From Porticoccaceae bacterium (GTDB taxonomy: Bacteria > Pseudomonadota > Gammaproteobacteria > Pseudomonadales > Porticoccaceae), in assembly GCA_050486485.1 (NCBI GenBank), contig JBJHDJ010000001.1, forward strand, positions 1-28,251: a DNA stretch of 28,251 nt, read 5' to 3'. Positions 19,775 through 28,112 of this stretch are shown one piece after another. The notes under the pieces were generated by a model. That model was not told the origin of the DNA. It was given only the letters and a program-made list of their open reading frames with translations, and ran no database searches. How positions within the stretch are numbered: the stretch's first letter is position 1; the number at the start of each line of letters is the position of its first letter. The position numbers were made by a program, and so were the translations under genes.

Positions 19775-20086
19775 GGACCTTGCCTTGATTGACTGCTCTC
19801 GCCGCCCCATCACCAGCCGAGACCTGCCCATTGCTCCTGGTTGACGCCAAGCGATTTATCCAAGGAACTTCTGAAACCTGGGCCAATACCCCGCCAGGAA
19901 CAGAACCAATGAACACGAACAAGCTGAAGAAGCTGGTTATACGCTATTTATGCTTAGCGGTTTCAACGACCAGCGAAGCTGCCTGACCTTTATATTTTCG
20001 GGAAAGATCTTACTGGAAGAGCGCTTGGCTGGCCATGGATACGAAAGCTCTTGTCTGCGAAAACTCCTGACTACGAAAACTCCCGA

Positions 20087-20407
20087 CTAGGAAAGTTCCT
20101 CAAGACGGCGCAGCCGGGAGTGCATGGCCTCCAGTTCGTCGAGCAGTTCCAGGGCGAGGGCGACACCAGCGATATTGACCCCGAGATCCCGCCGCAAGCG
20201 CACCGCGCGGCGCACGCGGCGCAGGCAGTGGCCCTGGAAACGCCAGCGTCCCCCCGGGGAGGTGCTGACCTCGATCACGCCGTAGTCCACCAGTTCCAGC
20301 ACCTCGTCGCTGGACAGTTCGCAGGAACGGCACAGTTCCGCGAGGCTCAATTCCACCCCCTCCTCGAGGATGTCTCCGGAAAGCAGTCTTTGCAGTTGCT
20401 CGCTCAT
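20087..20407 (-). CDS. cbpM: Chaperone modulator CbpM
   Basis: LSLAELCRSC...ELVDYGVI...RRAVRLRRDLGVNIAGVALALELLDEL (MerR-like fold); directly downstream of cbpA. Confidence 0.9.
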   Translation of the reverse strand: MSEQLQRLLSGDILEEGVELSLAELCRSCELSSDEVLELVDYGVIEVSTSPGGRWRFQGHCLRRVRRAVRLRRDLGVNIAGVALALELLDELEAMHSRLRRLEELS

Positions 20408-20413
20408 GGCTGG

Positions 20414-21367
20414 CTACACTCCCAGGCGCGCCCGTGGATTGAAGTGGAAGGCCCGCGAAAATGCCTCGTAGGCGGCTTTTTCCGCGGCGCCGTGGGCGGG
20501 GGGTAGCACCACCCGCAGTGCCACATAGAGGTCGCCGGGTTCGCGGGCGGGAATGCCCCTGCCCCGCAACCGCAGCTTGCGCCCGGTTTCCGAGTTTGGA
20601 GGTATCTTCAAGTCCACCCTGCCGGACGGGGTGGGCACCACCACGGTGGCCCCCAGGGCCGCCTCCCAGGGGGCCACCGGCAGATCGAGGAACACATCCT
20701 TGCCCTCCACATGGTAGAAGGCGTGGGGCAGGAAGTTGACTTCCAGGTACAGGTCGCCGGCTTGGCCCTGGCCGATGCCCGGCGCGCCCTGCCCCGCCAG
20801 GCGAATGTGCTGGCCCTGGCAAACCCCCTTGGGGATGCGCACATTGAGGGTGCGCTCCACCCATTGCGGCTGGCCGTCAGGCCCCAGCTCGGTATGCTTG
20901 AGGGCAATGGAACGGGTCGCTCCCCGATAGGCATCCTCCAGGTCGATATAGACCCTGGCGTGACTGTCCTCGCCACGGGCGTGAAAACCCCGCCTGCCAC
21001 GGGGGCGGAATCCGCCACCCAAGCCCCCCTGCCCGAACAGGGACTCGAAGAAGTCGCTGAACCCCTGGCCGTCGCCGCCACTGAAATCCCCGCGGTGAAA
21101 TTCGAAGCCCTGATCCCAGTCGGGGGGCGGACGGAATTCCTGACCGGCCCGCCAGTTGGCCCCCAGTTGGTCGTAGGCGGCACGCTTCTCCGGATCCTTG
21201 AGCACTTCGTAGGCTTCGCCCAGTTCCTGGAAGCGTGCCTCGGCATCCGGTTCCTGGCTGACATCCGGGTGGTATTTACGGGACAGCTTGCGGTAGGCCC
21301 GCTTGATATCGTCCTGGGTGGCGTCCCGGGCCACGCCCATGACCTGGTAGTAATCCTTGAATTCCAT
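20414..21367 (-). CDS. cbpA: Curved DNA-binding protein / DnaJ-class co-chaperone
   Basis: MEFKDYY J-domain with HPD, no Zn finger, DnaJ C-terminal domain (PVAPWEAALGA, GRKLRLRGRG). Confidence 0.93.
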   Translation of the reverse strand: MEFKDYYQVMGVARDATQDDIKRAYRKLSRKYHPDVSQEPDAEARFQELGEAYEVLKDPEKRAAYDQLGANWRAGQEFRPPPDWDQGFEFHRGDFSGGDGQGFSDFFESLFGQGGLGGGFRPRGRRGFHARGEDSHARVYIDLEDAYRGATRSIALKHTELGPDGQPQWVERTLNVRIPKGVCQGQHIRLAGQGAPGIGQGQAGDLYLEVNFLPHAFYHVEGKDVFLDLPVAPWEAALGATVVVPTPSGRVDLKIPPNSETGRKLRLRGRGIPAREPGDLYVALRVVLPPAHGAAEKAAYEAFSRAFHFNPRARLGV

Positions 21368-21633
21368 GAAGGGGGAGTTCCTTCGGTATCAACTGTCATC
21401 CCGCGCCCATCACGGATGGGGCGCGGCCGCCCGGCTCCGCCCGCTCAGGGGAGCCACGCTACAAACATGGTGGCAAAGTGGGCTGATATCAAGGCGAGAA
21501 TACTGACGATAGCTCGGCGCCAGGCATGACTTTACCCCATCCTGGCATACGGACTCATTCCCCACTTCTGCATGGGCCGGTGTGCCGTGCCAGGTGATTT
21601 CAGAGGCCAAGCACCTGGCCACCACCGGCGCAA

Positions 21634-23082
21634 TCAGTCCCTGGCATGGCGGGCGGCGATGGCTTCCAGTCGCTGTTCGATATCCGTGGCGGCGAGCCAT
21701 TGGCCGCGCACCATGACACCGGCAATACGCCGGGTATTGGCGATATCCAACAGGGGGTTGTCGTCTAGCAACACCAGGTCGGCGCGGCGACCGGCGCCGA
21801 TGGTGCCAAACTCGCCGGGGGCGCCGAGTACCGTGGCGGCGTTGCGGGTGCCGGTGACCAACGCTTCGAATGGGGTCAACCCGGAGGCCACCAGGCTGGC
21901 CAGTTCCCCGTGAACAGAGAAACCGGGCACATTGAAGAACTGGGGCGCATCGGAGCCCAGGGCCAGCATGGCCCCGCCATCGTGCAGCGCGCGGATAAGC
22001 TCGCGGCGAATCTCCACCAACCGCTGGGCGGCCTCGGGCTGGAAATATGGCTGGGCTTGCAGGTTGTCCTTGTAGTCCACCCAGGTGGCCACCATGTCCT
22101 CGGGCAGGTAGCGCATCTCGGGCCATGCCGCCATGTCGGCGGCGGACTCCGCGGAGGCCAAATTGTCCAGCAAGGTCTGGGTGGGCACATTCCACACCCC
22201 AGCCTCGCGGGTGCGCTCGGCGGCCAGGGGAATGCGTTCGGGATCGATCAGGTCCACCAGGCCGCTGCCGAAGAAACCCGCCTCCCGGTCGCCGATATCG
22301 GCATCCTCCCTCACCAGAAACTCGGCATAGCGGTCAAGATGATCGATGGTCAGTTGGCGGTGCTTCAGGGCGCCCTCCAGGCCCACCTCGGCGGGAATGT
22401 GGCCGGCAAAGGGAATGCCCAGCTCGTGGGCCGTTGCCGCCATGCGGGCATAGGCCTCGGGGGTAATGCTGAACACCTTGAGGAAATCATAGCCGGCGGC
22501 GTGCTGCTCGCGTACCACCCGTTCCGCCGCCTCGGGGTCCGGCACATTCTGGTGAAAGAGTCCCATGCCGGCGGTGTACAGGGTGGGGCCGAGGACTTCG
22601 CCCACGGCGACGCGCTGGCGCAGCTCCAGGTGATAGGGATCGCCGATCATGCCCCTCGCGGTGGTGACGCCGTTGGCCACGAACAGGAACAGCACATCCT
22701 CCACCCCCTGGGGATCGTGGGGGCCGGGGAAGCGCTCGGCCCGCTCCGGGGGGCCGGGAATATGGGCGTGCATCTCCGTCAACCCGGGCATCAGGTAGCG
22801 CCCGGCCCCGACGATCACCGTGGCGTCCGGCGGCACGGCGATCTGGCCGTCGGGAGCCAGCGCCTCGATGCGCTCGCCACGGACGATGACAGTGTGATTC
22901 TCCAGAATCACCTCGTCGTCCATGGGCAACACATTGACGCCGGTGAACACCACGGGTGACGGAATTTGTTGAGGCGAACCTTTCAGCGAGGGTGGCAGCA
23001 GCAACACCGCAAGCGCAAGCCACGCAGCAATGATGGCGCGGCGCGAAAAGGTGCTGGTGGCCAGGGACCGGGGATGATTCAT
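21634..23082 (-). CDS. Metal-dependent amidohydrolase family protein with N-terminal export signal
   Basis: MPGLTEMHAH (HxH), GYDFLKV, FAGH, IDHL, LGSDAP, GRRADLVLLDDNPL; start placed at ATG 23082. Confidence 0.88.
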   Translation of the reverse strand: MNHPRSLATSTFSRRAIIAAWLALAVLLLPPSLKGSPQQIPSPVVFTGVNVLPMDDEVILENHTVIVRGERIEALAPDGQIAVPPDATVIVGAGRYLMPGLTEMHAHIPGPPERAERFPGPHDPQGVEDVLFLFVANGVTTARGMIGDPYHLELRQRVAVGEVLGPTLYTAGMGLFHQNVPDPEAAERVVREQHAAGYDFLKVFSITPEAYARMAATAHELGIPFAGHIPAEVGLEGALKHRQLTIDHLDRYAEFLVREDADIGDREAGFFGSGLVDLIDPERIPLAAERTREAGVWNVPTQTLLDNLASAESAADMAAWPEMRYLPEDMVATWVDYKDNLQAQPYFQPEAAQRLVEIRRELIRALHDGGAMLALGSDAPQFFNVPGFSVHGELASLVASGLTPFEALVTGTRNAATVLGAPGEFGTIGAGRRADLVLLDDNPLLDIANTRRIAGVMVRGQWLAATDIEQRLEAIAARHARD

Positions 23083-23249
23083 GAAAGCCTCCCGAGCATG
23101 TCTATCAGCGGCAAAGCCAACGCCGGCCGCCAAGGAAACAGCCAGCGCGGGAGAGCCGCCGGGGACATTCAAGCATAGGCGGCCAGCGGCCATCTCGCCA
23201 ATTTTGAAGCCAGGACCGAGCCAGGAAGTCGTGGTGATGCCTTGAATGC

Positions 23250-23365
23250 CGTCTGACGTCTGACGTCTGACGCATTGAAACTCACCACTGCCAACTGACA
23301 ACTGACAACTGCCAACTGACAACTGACAACTGACAACTGACAACTGACAACTGACAACTGAAAAC
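23250..23365 (+). repeat. Composite 7-bp-period array: (CGTCTGA)x3, three degenerate units, (CAACTGA/C)x10
   Basis: Read directly; register is continuous from 23250 to 23361. Confidence 0.95.
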
Positions 23366-23420
23366 TTCTCTATAAAACCCCACCAGCGATATCTCTCACC
23401 CCCATGGCGAGCAGCTCACT

Positions 23421-24203
23421 TCAGCCATTGATCCCCGGCTGCGCTGGCTCTTGGAACGCGGCCAGGATCTTGTTGTGGCGATCCTCGAGAATGCCGCGAT
23501 AGAAGGGATGACTGATGATGTAGGGCTCGTCGTTCTCGATGGCCCTCACCACGGCGCGGCCCAGCCACACCGGTTCCATCATCTGGGTTTTCATCAGTTC
23601 GGGGGGAATGAATCCGGCGGCGGCGTCCGCCTCGGACATCTTGCTGCGGGTAAGCCCGGGAAACAGCACGGAGACGCCCACGCCGTGGGGCGCCAGTTCG
23701 TCCCGCAGGGCGTCCGACATGCCGGTCACGGCGAACTTGCTGGCGCAGTAGGCGGCGAAGGTGCCAAACGGCAACAGGCCATTGGCGGACGAGGTGTTGA
23801 CGATATGGCCGCCGCGCTGTGCCCGCATGTCGTCGGCAAAGGTGACAACACCGTGATAGACACCGGTGACATTGATGGCCATGACCCGCTCGAAGGTTTG
23901 CGGTGGGATCCTGTCCAGTGGCGCGCGGGGGTGGGAAATACCCGCGTTGTTGCACAGCACATCCACGCGCCCGAAACGCTCCAGGGTGGCGCGGCGCGCC
24001 GCCTTCCAACTATCCAGGGAAGTGACATCGAGCCGCACGGAAATGGCGTCGGCGCCGAACTGCGCAGCCTTGGCCCTGGCGTGCTCGAGATCGATATCCG
24101 CCAGCACCAGCTTCATGCCCTTCTCGGCAAAGGCCTCCGCCATGCCGCCGCCGATACCGCCACCTCCACCAGTGATAAATGCGACCTTGCCTTCAAGTTC
24201 CAT
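23421..24203 (-). CDS. Short-chain dehydrogenase/reductase (probably NAD-preferring)
   Basis: TGGGGGIG, Asp at the end of beta2 (LADID), NNAG, YCASK. Confidence 0.92.
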   Translation of the reverse strand: MELEGKVAFITGGGGGIGGGMAEAFAEKGMKLVLADIDLEHARAKAAQFGADAISVRLDVTSLDSWKAARRATLERFGRVDVLCNNAGISHPRAPLDRIPPQTFERVMAINVTGVYHGVVTFADDMRAQRGGHIVNTSSANGLLPFGTFAAYCASKFAVTGMSDALRDELAPHGVGVSVLFPGLTRSKMSEADAAAGFIPPELMKTQMMEPVWLGRAVVRAIENDEPYIISHPFYRGILEDRHNKILAAFQEPAQPGING

Positions 24204-24354
24204 GGTTACCTCTCAAGAATGTGCTGTGGAACCATCGTCCGGAAAAGCTGCCTTCCAGACAACCCAACCTGTGGCCCCTGGATTGATGCCTGAACCTTGG
24301 ACGGGTTTAGCGCAGAAAAACCCTTCGATTGAAGTTGCCACGCCTTCCTCTCCC

Positions 24355-24386
24355 TGATGGGTATCGCTTCGCTCAACCCATCCTAC
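24355..24386 (-). repeat. GTAG-type REP, single copy with loop variant
   Basis: 31/32 identical to the 1680 copy (inner GCGAAGC instead of GCGCAGC). Confidence 0.85.
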
Positions 24387-24429
24387 ATGCCTACACGCCA
24401 TTTCTCGCCAGCATCGACAGGAGAGAATG

Positions 24430-25209
24430 TCAGCCCTGGCGCTGCTCCGCCGCCGTGCCGGAAAAGCCAATGGCGTAGCCGCCGTCCACCGGCAGGGCCG
24501 TGCCGGTGATATAGGACGCCTCATCGCTGGCGAGGAACAGGGCGGCGGCGGCAATTTCGCTGGCCAGCCCCCAGCGGTTCATGGGGATCCCGGGCAGCAC
24601 TGGGGCATCCGCGGGCGGTACTTGGTGAATTTCCGACTCCTTGACCAAACCAGTCCAGGTGGTTCCGGGGCACACCGCGTTGACGCGAATGTTCTGCTCG
24701 GCGTAATCCAGGGCGGCGCACTTGGTCATCTGTATCACCCCCGCCTTGGCGGCGCCATAGACGCCGTGACCCTTCCAGCCCACCAGGGCCACCGCCGAGG
24801 CAATGTTGACGATGGCGCCGCCACCGGTTTTGAGCATGGAGATCACTCCATGCTTCATGCCGAAGAACACGCCGCGGACATTCACCCCGTGCACCCGGTC
24901 CCAGTGTTCCGTGGTCTGTTCGTGGAGGGGTTTGAGGCCACCGCCAAAGCCGGCGTTGTTGACCAGGATATCCAGGCGGCCAAACTCCCTCTCCGCCGTG
25001 ACGATCATGTTCTGAACCTGGGATTCGTCCGCCACATCGGCGTGCACCGCCACTGCCGCCGAGCCGATGGTGGCGGCGACCTCGTCCTGCCTGCCGCTGA
25101 TATCGGCACACACCACCCTGGCGCCCTCGGCGGCAAACATCACCGCCATGGCCTTGCCCATGCCGGAGCCCGCCCCGGTAATTACCGCCACCTTGCCTTT
25201 CAGTCGCAT
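24430..25209 (-). CDS. Short-chain dehydrogenase/reductase (probably NAD-preferring)
   Basis: TGAGSGMG, CADIS, NNAG, YGAAK, IRVNAVCPG, GTALPVDGG. Confidence 0.92.
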   Translation of the reverse strand: MRLKGKVAVITGAGSGMGKAMAVMFAAEGARVVCADISGRQDEVAATIGSAAVAVHADVADESQVQNMIVTAEREFGRLDILVNNAGFGGGLKPLHEQTTEHWDRVHGVNVRGVFFGMKHGVISMLKTGGGAIVNIASAVALVGWKGHGVYGAAKAGVIQMTKCAALDYAEQNIRVNAVCPGTTWTGLVKESEIHQVPPADAPVLPGIPMNRWGLASEIAAAALFLASDEASYITGTALPVDGGYAIGFSGTAAEQRQG

Positions 25210-25324
25210 TTCTACCTCAACATCGTGATTGGGTTATTTGTGATGGGTTGTTACCGAGCCTACTGCGGTAGCGGCTAGGCGTCCTGCCTACACAGGCTGA
25301 ATACCCGCAGCCCGGACCCCGGAG

Positions 25325-26077
25325 TCAATACAGTATATCCGTCGTCGCCCGCACCCAAAGCTCCGAGACATCCACCCGCTGGGGCAAGGACACGATAAAT
25401 GCAATCAGCGTGGCGATGTCCTCGGGAATCAGCGCGCCCTCCTGGTGAACATGGTCGCGTATCGCACCGCGGATAGTGTCGTCGCTGATACCCTCCGCCA
25501 CCTCGGTGGCCACGGAGCCCGGCGCCAGCATGCACACCCGGACACCGCTGGGGCCGACTTCCTGACGCAAGCCATCGGTCATGGCGTTGAGCGCCGCCTT
25601 GCTGGTGGCATAGGAATTGAAAACCGGCGAAGTGGTGCGGCAGGCCAGGGAGCCCACATTGATGATATAGCCGCTGCCCTGGGCCACCATGGGCGGCACC
25701 GCGGCATGACAGGTGTAGATGGCGCCCATCAGGTTGACATCCAGTACCCGCCGCCACTGGTCGAGATTGGCGCGCGCCAGGTTGTCCGCCTGGATGATAC
25801 CGGCGGCATTGACGAGAATATCCAGGCGGCCGAAATGCTCCATGGTGCTGGCAACGGCCCCCTTGGCGAAGGCTTCCTGGGAGATATCCCCCGGCAGGGC
25901 CAGGGCCTCGCCACCCGCCAAGCGGATGCTCTCCACCAGGGCCTCCAGGCGCTCCGCGCGGCGCGCTACCGCCACCACCTGGGCGCCGGCCGATGCCAAT
26001 GCGGATGCCGTCGCCCGGCCAATGCCCGAGGACGCGCCCGTCACCAGGGCCACCTGGCCTTGTAGACTACCGGTCAT
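25325..26077 (-). CDS. Short-chain dehydrogenase/reductase (probably NADP-preferring)
   Basis: TGASSGIG, basic ARR after beta2, NAAG, YATSK; start ATG 26077. Confidence 0.9.
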   Translation of the reverse strand: MTGSLQGQVALVTGASSGIGRATASALASAGAQVVAVARRAERLEALVESIRLAGGEALALPGDISQEAFAKGAVASTMEHFGRLDILVNAAGIIQADNLARANLDQWRRVLDVNLMGAIYTCHAAVPPMVAQGSGYIINVGSLACRTTSPVFNSYATSKAALNAMTDGLRQEVGPSGVRVCMLAPGSVATEVAEGISDDTIRGAIRDHVHQEGALIPEDIATLIAFIVSLPQRVDVSELWVRATTDILY

Positions 26078-26306
26078 GGGATACTTCCTGTCGATTTCCG
26101 GAATCAGTTCCGAAGCGTTTATGTGTTTTGGCTTGTGGCAGCGACCGCGCACTCCGAAGGCGGCAATACATCACCACGGGGAATGTACCCGGTACGCCCG
26201 GGTGAGACAACACAGCGACTGTCACGAGCCAGAAAACAATCCCAGTCCCAACTGACTATCACGACCCACTCGCGGAAACTCCGATGGGTTTTGCCGAAAG
26301 CATTGA

Positions 26307-26729
26307 CTACCTGTCGCTGGGATGACTGCCGGCCCCGTCGATCACCGGCACATTGGCGAGGGTGTGGGGGTCAATACCCTCCAGGCAGCCAATATTGAAG
26401 GCATATTGCGTGGGGATAGAGCGCCTCTGGTGATGGGTATAAATTCCGCAGCGAGAACAGAAATAATGGCGGGCAACGCCGGTGTTGAACTGGTAGAGGG
26501 TGAGAAGTTCCTCACCCTCGTCGATGGTGAAGTCCGCCAGGTCCACGAAGCCCATGATGACACCGCGCCGCTTGCAGATGGAACAATTGCACCTGCGCGG
26601 ATCCCGCAGGCCATTCTCGAAACGCACCGTGAACTTGACGCCGCCGCAATGGCACTGCCCTTTGTGGCAGGGCTGTACTTCCAGCCTGTCCACCAGGGGC
26701 TTGTCGCTGAAGGTGAATTGAACCTCCAT
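26307..26729 (-). CDS. GFA/CENP-V family Zn-binding protein (glutathione-dependent formaldehyde-activating-like)
   Basis: GQCHCGGV, CNCSIC, HYFCSRCGI Cys motifs. Confidence 0.88.
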   Translation of the reverse strand: MEVQFTFSDKPLVDRLEVQPCHKGQCHCGGVKFTVRFENGLRDPRRCNCSICKRRGVIMGFVDLADFTIDEGEELLTLYQFNTGVARHYFCSRCGIYTHHQRRSIPTQYAFNIGCLEGIDPHTLANVPVIDGAGSHPSDR

Positions 26730-26792
26730 GGCTTGTCTCCATGATCTGGGTGGCGAAAACCCCGCCGCGGGGTTGCCTCACCGTGGAAAATA

Positions 26793-26821
26793 CCGGTGAC
26801 GGCATGCTGTGCCGTCACCGG
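26793..26821 (-). terminator. Probable intrinsic terminator after the second P450
   Basis: 12-bp perfect stem CCGGTGACGGCA/TGCCGTCACCGG with 5-nt loop, followed on the minus strand by TATTTT; 7 nt after the P450 stop. Confidence 0.6.
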
Positions 26822-26828
26822 CACCCTG

Positions 26829-28112
26829 TCAAGCCGGTTGCAAATCGACATGCAGATTGGCCAGGCCCCGGATGATGAAACTGGCCTCGTATTCCAGGTT
26901 GCGGTTGCCAGGGGGACCGTGGTGCTTCTCGGACAGCCCGATGTCCGAGGTGTGGTCGAAGAATCGCTCGAGGATGACCTTCACTTCGGCGCGGGCCAGG
27001 GGTGCGCCGGCGCAAGTGTGCACGCCGCGACCAAAGGCCAGGTGTTCGCGGATCCTGGGGCGGTTGAGCAGCAGCTCCCTGGGGTTTTCCCAGCGCCGTG
27101 GATCGCGGTTGGCGGCGGCGAGGGCGACCACCACGCGCTTGCCCACCGGCACTTCCACATCGCCAATGCGGGTGGCGCGGCGAGCCACCCGGAAGGTGGC
27201 CTTGGTGGAGCCTTCCATGCGCAACACCTCCTCGATCAGCGCGGATATCAGCTTGGGATCCTCCCGCAGGGTCTGTTGCAGGCCCGGGGTTTCGACGATC
27301 AGACGCATGGCGTTGCTGAGCAACTTGGCGCTGGTGTCCTGGCCGGCGGCGAACATGAAGGTGGCCACCTTCACCACCTCCGGCAGATCCGGCAGGGTGC
27401 CATCCGGGTAGGTGGCCCTGGCCAGCTCGGTGAGCACGTCGTTCCTGGGGTTTTCACGGCGTTCGTGCAGATACTGGAAAAAGAACCGGCCCATGTATTC
27501 AAGAGGGTGCGTGCCGACGGGCTGCCCTTCGGCCTGCATGTTGCCGGGGGGCGGGGCGGCGTCGATCACTTCACGGAACTTCTCGCGATCCTCGGCGGGC
27601 ACCCCCAGCAGGTCGGCGATCACCAGGGTGACATAGGGGGTGGCGATCTCGTTGACAATCTCGCAGCCGCCCCTGGCCACGGCCTCCCTCACCAGTTGGT
27701 CGGCGTAGACCTCCATGAACTCCTCGTTGGCCTTCAGGCGCGAGGGGGTGAACAGTCCGTTGACGATGGATCGCACCGCCGTGTGCCGGCCATCGTCGTA
27801 GGACACCAGCAGCTCGCCGCCTGGAATTTCGTGGCGGTGGGCCTCTATCTGATCAGTGAGATCATCCCCCTGGGGCTCGAAGGGTAGCGGAAAGGCCGCC
27901 CCGGTGGTTGCCCCGTAGGAGGAAAAGTCGCGGTGGTTGCGCAGCACCTCGATGCACTCTTCGAAGCCGGTCACCACCAGGATATCGCGGTTCTTGAGTT
28001 GATAGATGGGCCCCTTGGCGCGAAGTGTCTCGAAGTATTCATAGGGGTCGAGCAGGACAGACAAGTCGGTGAAATAGTCCTTTTCCGTGGGGTCTTGCAC
28101 ATTGATGTTCAT
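26829..28112 (-). CDS. Cytochrome P450
   Basis: I-helix FAAGQDTS, ExxR (EEVLR), heme-binding FGRGVHTCAG; SD GAGG. Confidence 0.95.
   Translation of the reverse strand: MNINVQDPTEKDYFTDLSVLLDPYEYFETLRAKGPIYQLKNRDILVVTGFEECIEVLRNHRDFSSYGATTGAAFPLPFEPQGDDLTDQIEAHRHEIPGGELLVSYDDGRHTAVRSIVNGLFTPSRLKANEEFMEVYADQLVREAVARGGCEIVNEIATPYVTLVIADLLGVPAEDREKFREVIDAAPPPGNMQAEGQPVGTHPLEYMGRFFFQYLHERRENPRNDVLTELARATYPDGTLPDLPEVVKVATFMFAAGQDTSAKLLSNAMRLIVETPGLQQTLREDPKLISALIEEVLRMEGSTKATFRVARRATRIGDVEVPVGKRVVVALAAANRDPRRWENPRELLLNRPRIREHLAFGRGVHTCAGAPLARAEVKVILERFFDHTSDIGLSEKHHGPPGNRNLEYEASFIIRGLANLHVDLQPA

Noticed and set aside
23083-23343. 87-codon N-terminal extension of the amidohydrolase starting in the heptamer array (possible phase variation)
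   Set aside because: It begins at a TTG within the repeat, which is stop-free on that strand by construction; the signal peptide starts at ATG 23082, so array length would not shift the frame.
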